Of a stretch of DNA of 64,000 nt, positions 26,701 to 40,470 are shown in pieces. The position numbers and the translations under genes were made by a program. The stretch is from positions 13,764,001 to 13,828,000 of the forward strand of contig JAQFVV010000006.1 of NCBI GenBank assembly GCA_028023455.1. The letters run 5' to 3'. The notes beneath the pieces were generated by a model. That model saw only the letters and a list, made by a program, of their open reading frames with translations. It was not told the origin of the DNA and did no database searches. The DNA comes from Epiperipatus broadwayi. Lineage: Eukaryota; Animalia; Onychophora. Numbering within the stretch: the stretch's first letter is position 1; every line of letters begins with the position of its first letter.

Positions 26701-29347
26701 GATATGTATATTTTTATCATAAGTATAGTATTTATCAATAGTTAACTGTTACATTTTGATTCAACTCCATATGTTGGTAGAATAAGTTGACAATTGTAAA
26801 TAAAAATGTAACAATTTACTAACTACTGCACATATGATAAGGATATGTACGAGATGCTGGCTTGGGCCAAGTGATGGATCAGTATGAAATATATCTTAGA
26901 GAGGAAGTCTTTTATTTTAAATTTTTATTCATATTTTCAAAAGTATGGGTGATAGATGGAGATTAATACATTTATAAAAAGTGTAAAATACTTTTGAATG
27001 AGACTTAGAAGCTCATGTCAAATCCAGTTTTCTCAAGGTGACAATAAAACTTTATTAAAATTCTAAAGCCTGAATATACTGTATATGTGTTCACTTAGCA
27101 TGGACATAATCTTGAAGATGATTAGTTAGTTAGTTTTTGTTCTTATTTCTCTTCATGGACTTATTTTAGGTCATAGGCAACTTTTTAAACATCAAATAGG
27201 ACTCCAGTGGCTGTTGCTGGATCTCGTTCTAGTTCCTTTTTTCTTAGTTTGGGGCATTAATTTTCTCTTAAACAATTCCTATTTAAAAAAGGAGTTTCTA
27301 GGCTCTCTTTTCAGATACATGTTATAACAAGTAAGAATAATTTCAACCTTTATAAAAACGCTGTGCAAATTATATGGCAGCCATTGAAATTTCAAAAGAT
27401 TTCTACACAGATTTTCTCTAATTTCACTCAGTTTTGCTGAGTGGATGAGAACATCCGATTGTCGGGAGGGACCCTGGAAGCCTAAATCTTAGTTCTGTTG
27501 AGTATGGAAGCTGGAATGAGGGTGCTGTGGGGATCATTTCCGACATTGAACTTTCTCATTCATAGGGTCAAAATAACATTATTTTTAGCAATTTTTTAGC
27601 GTTATTCTTACAAATGATTTTATCCATGTATTATTGCAAAGTAAACTGCAGTTTGGTCTAATGGTTTTAACTGCAAATGATTTGCCGTAATTATTTCTAT
27701 AATTTCCAATGTGGATATTGATAAGGGTGATCCTTTGCTATTCATATGGTTTTTCATGGAGGATTGAAATGGTTTTCACCAGACAATTTAAAGCTATTTT
27801 TTCCTTGTTCTCCATAGTTCTTCCAAAACATATGGATTGTTCTCTTCTAGGGATATTCTAAGCCATTTCAGAGAACTGAACAGTAGATCAACTTAGACTG
27901 TATTTTATATTGTCTCAAGTGTTTTCCTATTCCTCTACTTATTTACTGCAAATTGGATTTTTCAATATTGTACTCCTAAAACACTATTCATATTTGAACT
28001 CTAGACTTTACAAATAATTCCTAATTATAACATAAGTTTACTTTCAACAATTAATCGCATCATGGACTGATGCTTTGAACATTCACAGGTTGATTCATTC
28101 TTGGAAATGCTACGGACAAAAATACAGTGTACCATTTTAGATCTCCATATCACACTATGTAAATCAAAGTTTACCTTGTAAAACATATTATACCAATAAA
28201 GTTCAATTAATCTCCTTTTTGCAATGCTCTTGATATGCAATAAGGTTTTATTCTTTGTGAACTAAAATACTGTCATTTTCCATCCTCGAGTCTCACAATT
28301 CCCAAAACTATTACTGACTATTATATGTAGTGTCCTTTAATTATGAGTCGAGTCCTTGCGAGGATGTTGCAAATTCATTGCGAAATAAAAATAAACCGAG
28401 TGGCTTGTAATTCAGCGATCGTGACATTCAAGCACCGGAAATGATCCACAGATAGTTAACTCTTGAATCCATTACTGTATTGGCATACTAAACAATGCAT
28501 GGAAGCATGATGTGTTTAAAAGCCATTGCAATGTTTATTTTAAAGAATGACCTATTAGGCTATATTTCATCGTTAATAATATTAGGGGAGACTCTACGTC
28601 TGAACGCGCATAACTGTACGAGTATTAAGAATATTTCCTATAAAAACAAATGTAATTTTTGAAGTAGAAAATAATTTATAATACTGTAATAAAAAAGTAA
28701 GTCATTAAGTATTTTATTAGTAGCCGTTGATTTTACCTCAGTGCTGCCATCTACTGCAAGCTTGAGAAATCAATGTCAGATGATAGTGCTTATTAAATAG
28801 TTTAGAATTTTAATAATGCATCTGGTAATTACCAATTCCTCAAGTTTATGGTAGATTGCACTAGGGTGCAAATAAGCTCGATATTTTACCTACATTTGTA
28901 TTTGAATGTAGTTTCCTTAACAATATGGATACAGATCTTTTTTAAATTACATATTCTAAAAATTGTTTGTTTTAATGGGGGGATGCAAGTTGCTTTATTC
29001 ATCAGAGAATTTGCGATTATTTTTGGGTAGTGATCTTATTGTTTTTGTTATTACCACTGACATTTTCTATTACATGTTCATATATTTTTTCTTATTTATT
29101 TATGTATTACCATGAACCGGTACATTTTATAAATGCCCTCTAATTAGATCAAATTATATAACAAAAATATATGATGTTATATAACAGCCAAATTCTAAAT
29201 TATGAACGGTCACAATACAAGGTTCAAAAGAACGGTTTCAGAGGAACTACCTTCATCAGCTGTGCTGAGCTTCAATATCGCTGTATAATTCAGAACTTTG
29301 CTGCTATATAACATATTTTAAGTAAATAATGTGCTTATAGAGGATGA

Positions 29348-29530
29348 CACAGAGGCGAAACTCTCCATACAGTAGCACCACTCAATGCAGGCCAGAGTAA
29401 TCAATGGATCCAGGCATCCATTGATTAGGTCTGGCTTGCACTGAGTGGTGCTACTATACAGAGAGTTTTGCCTCTGTAAAAAACAGTTTGTGTAAAGTAT
29501 AAAGAATGGTGATCATGTGATGTTTGATGA
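29348..29530. repeat. Short family A fold-back lacking the ribozyme
   Basis: Arms of about 55 bp: aaactctccatacagtagcaccactcaatgc and its reverse complement. Confidence 0.8.
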
Positions 29531-31267
29531 AATTGTACTCAATCATAATAATATTATCAAATATATCTCTACAATGTCTTAATTACATAACTGGTTGTCT
29601 TATTTATTTTTATCTTTATCAGTCAATGTTCTAAAAATAGTTACTCATTAGATTATATTTCTAGTTTCCTTCATGAAATGGGGTTGCTAAGAGACTATAA
29701 TGTTGTGAATTGTCACTAGTTTTATATATATCGTTGAAAATGGCAATATTGTGATGACAACTGAAGAGAATATAATCAAACCTATATTTTCACATCAAGG
29801 AAGTATCTCCTAATTAAGGTTATTACGGCAAATACTTGAAAGTTATACGTTTCCTTTATGTAAATGTGGAAAAATTGATTTTAAATATACCTGTAAAAAA
29901 GTAAAAAACGATTAGGTTTTATTGTTTGAGAATTCATAAGAAGTTTGAATGCCAGAAGTGTCAGCATTGGAATCGATCCCAGGACACCACATTCCATATC
30001 ACTCTACCATTGGCTGAATTGCATAAGGCAGACCTGTAACGTCTATAATTAATCTAGAATCTATTTTCATCAGAATGATAAATTTACATATATTAATTGC
30101 TATACCATCTCATTGTCAACAATCCACTTTACTTTAATTAATCGTTATTTAATTATTTATTATAATTATTGAATTTGAAGAATTTTGCTGATCCCATTAT
30201 CTTACAAAAGTATGTAATATTTACTAAGGCTGTAACCTCAAGAATATGCGTAAAAATGCGATAGTAGGACTCTACAAGATCTTAACCAACAAGCTTACGT
30301 TTTGGTTAAGTATGGTTAAACTAAAAAAACATAAAATTCTTTGGGAAGTTTACAAACCAGATATCTACACAGCTGCAAAATTCCAGTTCAACTACAAACG
30401 AAAGCCAATGAAAATGCAAATTTTAAACTGACACACATTGTTGAAAGCAAAACATATTAATTTTCAAGTCATGACCAGCAATAAGAATTTTAATTTACTT
30501 AACTGAATTTTAATGAAGTTTATGTCAAATTAATTTTCGCCTTAGAAATCACTCATTTAAAAAAATGACTATTCTTAAAATTTATCTTTAGTCGATTTGA
30601 ATATTAATATAAATAGAATGCAATTAATTTGAAGATTTGTTAAAAGTTTTGTTATCCAAACAACATTTCAAAGATGATTTTCAGCTTTTTTGCAATAAAT
30701 AAACTAGTTTGTACACACGTTTACAAATAAGTGGGAAAATATTCAGTAAATGCCTACAAGTTAATAAAGAAAGCTAATTGTAAAGTTATTTTCCTTATCT
30801 TAGCATCCAATAAGAGTAAAAGATCTACTGTATTTCTAAAATCCGAAAAAGCTCTGGAATCAAGAATTTTAATTAATTTACCTGTGTTATATGATTTAAT
30901 GATTAGTGTGTGCATACTGTAATTAACAAATACACAGCCTCCGGTATCAAGGATACTCCCCCCCCCCCACTTTCTTGCTTACAAATTATTAATAATTTGA
31001 ATGCTTGTGGTTTTGTTAGCAAGTGGTTACAAATATGAACAATTTATTTAATTGGTGGCAGTCAGGTTCATTTTATATGACAAAATAGTAAAACACTATG
31101 TGGACTCCCTCTTCTTTAATTTTCCTTAATTGCAAGCAATCATGGAGCTTAGAAACAGACTAAACTTAAATGCTCCAGAAATGCCTCCTAGTTTAGTCTT
31201 TATATAATCATGCAGACAACTGTTGGTGAAATTAGGAGATATTTGGGCATCAACTTCTTATTTAAAA

Positions 31268-31917
31268 AGGCAAAACTTTCCATACAGTAGTGCCACTCAG
31301 TGCAAGCCAGAATAATCAATGGATGCCAGAAGGCTTGTGCGTAAAATCCCAATCTAGTGCCTACTCATCCAATATCCCCAGGCTAGTTTCTGGCTTGTGG
31401 CCTTCGTCAGTGAAGAGCCTTGGATCTGACAGCACTGCATCTGGATCTTAGGATCTAATGCAATCCTCCAGCAGCCACCTTTTATCTCTACTTAACTACA
31501 AAATGATGAGAATAAAATTGAAAACACAATATTTTCAATCTAAGCTCATTTGCTTACATAATCATATAGGTCTGAACTCAGTTCAGTACCCATACATTTC
31601 AGTGTCTTTGGTTTTTTAATAACCATAGCCACCACTATCCTATTAAGCAGGATAGGTATTAAACCACTTAACATCACATGATCACCATTTCTTATGTTTG
31701 CTCATAACTGTTATTAAAACAGGCAAAAACTCTCCATACAGTAGTCTGGGGATATTGAATGAATAGGCACTAGATAGGAATTTTATGCACAAGCCTTCTG
31801 GCATCCATTGATTACTCTGGCTTGCACTGAGCGGCATTACTGTATGGAGAGTTTTGCCTGTTTTAATAAGTTATGAGCAAACATAAGAAATGTTGATCAC
31901 GTGATGTTTAGTGGTTT
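31268..31917. repeat. Family A multimer plus inverted arm
   Basis: One monomer running through the tandem junction, then an inverted arm ending gatgtttagtggtttaa. The ribozyme at about 31370-31428 (minus) has GCC at the cleavage triplet. Confidence 0.85.
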
Positions 31918-32872
31918 AACTTATCTAATTAAAACATTAAAAACTAGCAGTTTCTTCTTTTTTAATACACGAGGTTTACAAAGATTTGGCATCATAGCTG
32001 CATTCCTTAAGCTGATTATGTAGAGTAATGAAAAGTTACCATGAATTAAATTAATCCCCTTTTATGTGACATTTGTCTCAAATTATGTTTTTACCATGTG
32101 TGTATGTACTTACATGCACATACTTATGGATACAATGATTTTTTTATGAGCCAGTAAATAATTTTGCAGCTTATCAAACATGTAGTATTGACATTATTCT
32201 TGAAACAGAAGCCTCAATACGATACTAAGATAATTCACAAGCTAGATTCCCAAAGAATTGTTTAAATAAACTTGTAAATAACGCCCAGTCTTGCTTGTTT
32301 TCATGAATAGGTTTTATTTTCTCAGTGTTATATACTTAAGAAGCCAAAAAATTATTTAGGCGTTCATTAAATCATTAGAATTTTATCTAAATTAACATTT
32401 GAAACTTTACGCTGGCTCAAATAATTTAATAATAGTTGTTACTAGTAAACAGTTTCCGCCTTTTGAAGTATCAATGCTCGATTTATTTACTAAATAACAA
32501 ACCAAATGTCAGATAAAAGTGACCATCTGTTATCTGTCACAATAAATTGGCATTGATCGTTTAAATAATTATTTATTTTGTGAATTATCTTAGTAACGTA
32601 TTCAGACTTGCTTGTTCCATGAATAGATTTACATATATATTGTAGACATATACACCCATCAATGATGAAGCATGACTTTTTTAGGAACAGAAGCACATTA
32701 CATCTTTTTTTTATGTTTTTATTGTACTTGCTATAACAATTTTTACATAATAGCTAATATATACATACTACATATATCCAGATTAACTCTTATCTGTAAA
32801 TCAGACTACGGCTAGTTAAGTATAGAGAATTTATTATCAAAATACTTTTATTTTCTAAATACTTTTAATATT

Positions 32873-32969
32873 TAACCACTAAACATCACACGATCACTAT
32901 TTCTTCTGACATCCATTGATTATTCTGGCTTGCACTAAGTGGCACTGCTGTACAGAGTTTGCCTGTTGT
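32873..32969. repeat. Minimal family A inverted insertion
   Basis: TSD AATACTTTTAA (32858-32868 / 32970-32980). The orientation switches at about 32903. Confidence 0.75.
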
Positions 32970-33989
32970 AATACTTTTAACATTCTTAAGTTTTAACTAT
33001 TAAATACATTTTAGCATTGTTTGAATTCTTATAATCAACGAATAATGTGATGGTCAAACTTATTATTTGCTTCATATAAAAACAATTCAACTGTTGATAA
33101 AAAATTTGAAAGTTAACAGAAATTCCATACAAAAAATAATGAGTTTGAATTTGTTCATTCTCTTTTTTTATGTTTAGCAAAATACTTTATATACACTAAT
33201 GTACTTATTGTTCTTACTACACTATTGCATGTGCAACTTGTTGGATCGATTTTGTGAGGGTGAATATGTACATATTTTAGTGAATTTTTAAAATGGAATT
33301 TTTGATAAAGCTTTTGAACTTTTTAATGAATTCTTCTACAGAAGCACTCATTCCGTTCAATATATGAAGCCTTCCTCCATGAGACCAATGTATATAGAGG
33401 TGTGTATAATACTGTACTTGTAATGTGAACAAAAAAAAAATGTCCAAAATGTAACATTTTTATTCGTTAATTTGTAATTATTTTTTTTACTAATTGATTT
33501 AAATAGATGATTCAAAAAGAAGATAAGAATGGGAGGGGATAATGCATATTATGACAGTCCTTAATAGAATTTGGTACGAAGCTATAATTTAAATTGCAGT
33601 AACTTATAATACGCAATATTCTCATGTTTTGTGATTCCGAGATTTCTGTTCTTGATATAATTATCAATTTAAATCAGAGATTTGAACTCAATCCTCTCAT
33701 CCTCCATTCTATCTCAAGAAATCGATAAACATGACCGCACACGTGAATGTAGATGAATAGAATGAAAAATCCTGAGTTCAAACCTCCCTATTTATGTAAA
33801 GAAACCTTCAGTATAAGCAAATGAAATACTGCCTTAGAATTTTCAATTTATTATATTAAAGGATTAAAACTTATAATGTGATGTAAAATGGCTTCTCTTT
33901 AGGTAATCAGAAATTTCCATACGCCATAAGCTTTCAAATTGTTAGCCATAGTAGATATTCCCCCAAGGACATTTTTATACAACTGTAAA

Positions 33990-35290
33990 CACATCTACAC
34001 ACATACCCTTCCCAATCAACAATCAATTGGATAGCAGTGATACATCTCTTTTTTTTTTCATTTATTCCACTTTAATAAAAAGCTGCTTCAGTAATTCTTT
34101 TTCCAATATTCTACCATCATTCTAGAAATAAAAGCTTCAATAATTTTTTCTGAACCTTTTCACATTTTCTTCTATTTCCCACACAATTTATCCTTTTCTT
34201 CTTTAAATATCCTACATCTCAAAATTATACGTATTTCTTCTGTTTCCATATAAACCATATCTACAATTCAAATTCATGTCTCATTTCTATATTTTTTCTT
34301 GATACCCAAAATCTATCGTTTCAAATAATATTATTACCTGCATACCTTTTTATACTTTTTATTTATTTATTAATATTCATTGTCCATTACTTTATTTCCT
34401 TTTTTTTTTACTAACCAACTTATATATCCTCTTATTCATTCCTCACAATTATTAACCTATAGCATATTCTCTATATATTTATTTCATATCATATTGCATA
34501 AAATAAATCCTCTATCTATTAAATCTCTATACTACAAAACCTTTCTGGACCACTATATTTATCTTCTCATAAAAATCCAATTAAACATATCTTTTATTGT
34601 AGTTCATACATTATTATATAATGGGAATAAATATAATCTATTATTTTTTTTTTGCATATAAATAAAGCCGGAAAAAAAAAACATATAGCAAGAAAAGCTT
34701 TTACGGCTACTTTTTACTGCCCTCCTCAGTGTTATAACATATATTATCAATAACAGTAGCAAACTTGCCATATAGTAGTGCCACCTAGTGCAAGCTTTAA
34801 TAATATGAAATGGTGATATTATACTATTCATGGAAATATAGAGAGAGATGATTGTAGTCTTACAAATATTTTTAATTTCTTTCTTTTAAAAAAAAAAAAA
34901 CATTCTATTTTTTTGTGAATAATCTTATTTTCTTACTACAAATGATTACTCAATGCATATATATATATATAACTACTTCTTTTTGAATTCTAAGATTTTT
35001 CCAAATTATTCTATGCACACCCATCTTCACTGTTTGCTTTTTTTCATTCAACTTTAATTTCCCAATTATCTGTACAATTTTCCTTTTTCCATTTCCCAAG
35101 ACAAATATATCTCCTATTTTCTGAGTACAATTGTACTCTTACCCTTCCCATTACTTAATAATAGATTTGTTTTCACTGTATGTAATTTCCATATTTTTAT
35201 CTCTGCCCAATCCTCTAATAAAAGTTCCAAATCTTTCGCACTATTTGCACTACTGTGCCACAGCATTCCCAATTCTTTTCATTTAACTCT
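33990..35290 (-). mobile_element. Highly decayed LINE 3' region
   Basis: Zinc-knuckle-like remnant (LNCRY...ETEEIRIILRC, across a frameshift) and purine-rich minus strand, like 38290-38960. Confidence 0.4.
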
Positions 35291-35944
35291 GGAGTCATGT
35301 ATTGAAAGCTTGAGTAATAGACAGATGGTACAGTGCTATATCTACGTCCTTAGAAAGGTTTCTGGTTTTTGACTTCATCAATGAGGATTTATGATTAAAA
35401 GCTGGAATTAGGGTCCAAATGCATCTACCTTTTATATCTTTATAATTCCAGCTAATAGCTTGGAATTAAAAACCAAACTCAAAAGTTTTGAACTTGACAT
35501 CCATAATTATAGATTGTTCCTAAATATTTTGGAAATCTCAAGTGAAGGATCAAATATCCTTTAGTTTGGAAAACCCATATCAACAACATCATAACTTTCT
35601 CAGCATACTCATATACTTCCAAGAGTATCTTTCTTCACTATGCCTGAGTAATCAACAAACATCATAGAATATCCATATCTCCAAATAAATGCAAATGACA
35701 AAAACTGGCTTTGAGATGTGAATTTTATAGTACTATACACTATGTGATGACTAGGGATTACTTAGGCTTACAATAGATGGTGCAGATTTGATAAAAGGTA
35801 GATACCATAGCAAGGTCTAATCTTATTTATTCATTATACTTTCTTATCATAGATTGAAATTTGTAATGACTTTTACATTCCCTCCTTAAAACCAAAGAAC
35901 CTCATTTGATCGCCAGCTTGCACAATGCATTTCAGGAGCAAGCT

Positions 35945-36335
35945 ATTTACATTGCTGCCATCTATTATAAGCTTGAGTAATTAATACTAGAGGGTAGTTC
36001 TAATTAATCCATATCAAGTAACATCTTATCCATATCTCCTGACTAGGTTCTGGCTTATGGCCTCCCCCTGTGAAATGCATTAGATCCAGAAGATCCAAGT
36101 GGCCTTTCCATCAATAAAATGCATTAAGATTTAAGTGGCCTCCATCAATGAAATGCATTAAGTCCAAAAGATCCAAGGACATTATATCTTAAGGTTCAAG
36201 CTCCTCACTGAGGAAGGCTGTAAGCCAGAAACTAATGAGAGGAGATGGATAGAATTGAGCTGGTTATGGATTTAATTAGAACTACCATCCGATATCTATT
36301 GATTACTCAAACTTATAATAAATGGTGCACTGGAA
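35945..36335. repeat. Family A-related (A2) fold-back with an internal ~40-bp tandem repeat
   Basis: Plus core CTGAGGA aggc tgtaa gcc a GAAACTAATG. Related fragments at about 1990-2100, 28740-28800 and 49725-49830. Confidence 0.7.
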
Positions 36336-36723
36336 TAGAATTTATTTGTTTACTATTGTATATCTATTTGGCTGCGTTTTCTTTTACCTCATTCACATTC
36401 TTAATATCTTCTTCTTGAATAGTAGAAGTAAAGGACAGCTTGTTGGCAGCAGTTGTGTTGACAACAACGAAACATCATTACAAGTTGTGTAGCATCAAGT
36501 AACTGTAAGCAACTCCTGTATACTATGCTGAAAATAATGATAGTCAATATCAACTGTATAGTGCAATACTAACAAGCCGTCTCATTAAGTAGTGAAGTAA
36601 AGCAATCACATATTAGTTAAGCTAAATGAATAGTGGATGATTTCAAATGAAATTAGTTTAATAACAGAAAACCTTTTCCACCTATCGGCATCAAGTATTT
36701 TTTTATTCAATTAAAAGAACCAT

Positions 36724-37246
36724 TAAGCATCACATGATCACATTTCCTATACTAGCACATTAATTGTTGATAAACAGAGCAAAACTCTCCATACAATATT
36801 GCCACCTGTGCTAAACAGAGTAATCAATGGATGCCAGAAGGCTTGTGCATAAAATCCCTATCTAATGCCTACTCATCCAAGATCCCCAGACTAGTTTCTG
36901 GCTTGTGGCCTTCGTCAGTGAGGAGCTTTGGATCTAAGAGCACTGCATCTAGATCTTAGGAACCCTCTAGCAACCACCTTTTATCTCTACTTAACTACAA
37001 AACTATGAGAATGAAATTGAAAACATAAAAAATATTTTCAATCTAAGCTCAATAGCATATATAGTCATATGGGTCTGAACTCAGTTCAGCACCCATACAT
37101 TTTGGTGTTTTTGGTTCTTTTACAACCATATCCACCACTATCCTATTAGGAATTAGATAGGGATTTTATGCACAAGCCTTCTGGTATCCATTGATTACTC
37201 TGTTTAGCACAGGTGGCAATACTGTATGGAGAGTTTTGCTCTGTTT
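36724..37246. repeat. Family A fold-back insertion with an intact minus-strand hammerhead (36875-36933)
   Basis: The 14-bp TSD is ATTAAAAGAACCAT (36710-36723 / 37247-37260). Confidence 0.9.
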
Positions 37247-37854
37247 ATTAAAAGAACCATAATTACAGTTATAGTTTTGACTTTCTTAAAAAAAAAAAAA
37301 CTGTTATATATTTAAATTCAAATAAGTATTTAAAAATGTATTATATTTCCTAAAGAAGCAAATTACGCTAGACTAAAAGGTAGCAAAGATTTGGATAATG
37401 GCACCCATTGCACAGACATTCCATGTATCATATTCCAGTTTTACATATCAAGTATGAAGCCATCAAAACCAAACTGAAGATATTAATAAATAAATAAATA
37501 AATTCAAACAAAACATTTCCCCTATTTATTAAAATTTACAATTAAAAAAAACAACAACCCAATTTTCACTATTTAATTGGTTTCCAAAACAAATAATTTC
37601 CGATATGAATTGGACATTTACAACTATTATTTAGATGCGGAAATGTGGTACTTTTGCAAACATTCACATTTGTATAAGGCGTGCCACTTGACAGAAAAAA
37701 CACCTGGTGGCCAAATTTAATATGCAGTTTTATAATAATACTCTGCCAAAGAATACAACTTGCAAAACAATGAACCCATAATTCGTTACTAATTTCTTAA
37801 TCAACAATGACACTTATCAACAGCAGTAAAGTTTAATTTTTTTTTAAATTAAAT

Positions 37855-38250
37855 TATATAATAACTGAAACACACAGGCTTATATACCTGTGTCTATATA
37901 TGTAATATATAGGGCATATGAGCACATACTTTCACACGACCCACCACGCTCCACACTATCTCATAACACTGATACACTTGAACACATATATGTTGAAAAG
38001 ATAAATAATCAACAATATTCGTATTTCATGCTAAACCATCAGTTGGTCCAGATTACCATCTCTACACATATATGCTACAAGTGCTCAGATATATATTAAG
38101 ATAGCCAATCTTCATACTCAAACTCTTCAACCGTCCATCCAATTGAAAATCTGATGATGGAATGCTCAAAGGCCACCTCAAGGCTGAGATTCTTGTCACA
38201 CCCATGTTGACCTAAGGTCAATCTGACCCCTCATATACAGGACATAATCA
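37855..38250 (-). repeat. Family C copy with helix II deleted
   Basis: Collinear with 61645-62120. Confidence 0.85.
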
Positions 38251-38289
38251 TTTGATAATAATAATATTCGTATTAAATTTTACAATTAC

Positions 38290-38960
38290 ATTAACATTAG
38301 CTAGTATTGTTTATATATATATAAATTATGCATTCTATGTTTACATTAATTCATATGAAATTTCTTCCGTATCTTTTTTTTGAAAATGTTAACTCTTCCC
38401 TTCCCACCCTTTTCCCCATATTCTTCTCTATCCTGCTCCATCCCATTTCTACAACATTATCTTTGTCCATTCTAGTCTTTATATCAAAATCTCCCATATC
38501 TTTTTCCAAAACCAGCATAAAAACTAAGAACCCACTTTCTGTATAATCACTTTGTTTATATTTATTCTCCCACAACGTCATTATTACCCTTTCTGCTTGT
38601 AAGCATTTACATTCAATTAGCAGATGCCTAACACTTTCCGTGCCTTCCTTACATAACTTGCAGACTAAATCACCCATATTTTTCAAAAAGTGTGTACATT
38701 CCCTGTTCAAGCCTTAAACAGTAAACTACTTTCCTTGCTATTATCATAAATTAACTCGCACCCAATATTCTGGTTACTTCTATATATATTTAAACTCTTT
38801 TTACTCTCCATACTAGTTCTCCATCTCCCTCTTTTTTATAATGTATCTATTCTTCTATACCATTCCTTGCCACTACAACCCTCAACAATTCTCCTAACAC
38901 TATTATCCCACTTTTCATATAATTATACTGACATAAAGTCTTTCATTATAGCTTTAGTAG
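38290..38960 (-). pseudogene. Non-LTR retrotransposon C-terminal fragment with CCHC knuckle
   Basis: ORF 38351-38710 contains CKLCKEGTESVRHLLIEC (C-X2-C-X8-H-X4-C), typical of LINE ORF2 C-termini. Confidence 0.7.
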
Positions 38961-40084
38961 TTCTACCTAATATGTAATACTCAAATTTGTTATTAGAATG
39001 TCTGCACAATGAATACCTGGATAACTTTGTTTAAATTTATTCAGATTAGCTTAGATTATTAAAAAAACTTAACACAAATTTAATTAAGTTTTATTTATCA
39101 GTGCAATAAAAATAGGAAATGAATATTCCATATATTTACACATAAAAATGTCTTTTAAATATCATAAAGACAATTAGTAAAATTAATTTTAATGATTCAA
39201 AGTTTCAATTTACATTACCGAAAATAAGTGTGAAACTGAATGTCTAAGTTTTTTTTTTTTGTGGGGAATAAAATATCATAATTTATTCCAGTGATGTAAT
39301 AGCCTTAAGATTTGTTAATTTATCAGTGAAAGATGTCGTAACTAATTTATTATCATCTGCTTAATTCTGGAGTTTATTTAATACATGTCAACATTTAATT
39401 ATGTGCACTATATACAGTATTTTAACAAATTGAGTGATAAATGTGCATGTTTTATTAAGTTGCTCTGGTAAAAAAAAAAAAAATCTTATGAATATATGTA
39501 TATTTAAAACATCTATTCCACCACAAATTCTTGAAACATGAATAAAAACATCTGAAAGGGATAAATGACTGCCTAAGTGCATTTCTGGTTAAACCAGCAC
39601 TCTTCAGTTGGCTCAGGTCACAACCACTTATATGCCTTCATCATCTCTAGCTATTAAAAGTTCTAGCATTGGACGAGGCAGAGCGAAGCAGTTCAAGTCT
39701 CCACCACTTTATCATAGCTGAACCATGTGGGCTTTAATAATATTCATTCACATACTTATCCAAAGTGGATAGCGTCAAAAGTGAGTATAGAAAATTTCAT
39801 CTTTGTATATCAAATTATAATATATATATATATATATTAATATCAAATGCACATAGTTTAATATATATGAAATTTAAAAGGAAATAATATCCCTGGAAGC
39901 TATGTATAAATAACATTCCCACATCAATAAATGATAAAGAATGAAATTGTAAACTGAGATACGAGTGTTATTGATACTTAGCTTCCGGGGGTTTTCCGGG
40001 ATGTTATTACTTGTGCTTAAATTTTATATATAAGCACATGAGTGAAATAAAATTATGCATGTTTATTGTTTAGGAATTCCAAAA

Positions 40085-40410
40085 AAACATCACATGATCA
40101 TCATTTCATATGCTTACACAGACTATATTAATAACAGTAGAAAACTCTCCATACGGTAGTGCCAACAAGTGCAAGCCTTTGTAATCAATGGATGCAGGAA
40201 AGTTTGTGCATAAAATCCCTATCTAGTGCCTACTCATCCAATATTTCCTTAAGATCTAGGTGCAGTGCTCTCAAATTCAAGGCTCCTTACTGACGAAAGC
40301 CACAAGCTAGAAACTAGTCAGGAGATATTGGATGAGTAGTTAGTAGATGGGGATTTTATGCATAAACATTCCTGCATCCATTGATTACTATGGCTTGCAT
40401 TTGATCTTCT
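40085..40410. repeat. Family A fold-back copy (plus core at about 40290-40319)
   Basis: CTGACGA aagc cacaa gct a GAAACTAGTC. Confidence 0.85.
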
Positions 40411-40470
40411 GTTTATAATAATATTAAATAACCAAAAAGAGAAAGGTAATTTATTATAAAAAAAACCAGT

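Noticed and set aside
27190-28300. Possible decayed RT (GSPLS-like peptide on the minus strand) as the autonomous Penelope partner
   Set aside because: A single weak motif with no supporting neighbours; a tblastn or HMM search would be needed.
31660-31920. Family A as a TTAA piggyBac-type MITE or Helentron/DINE
   Set aside because: Arm lengths and centres vary, TSDs are variable (7-14 bp, once about 34 bp), multimers read through the end, and a hammerhead is embedded. All of this favours retrotransposition.
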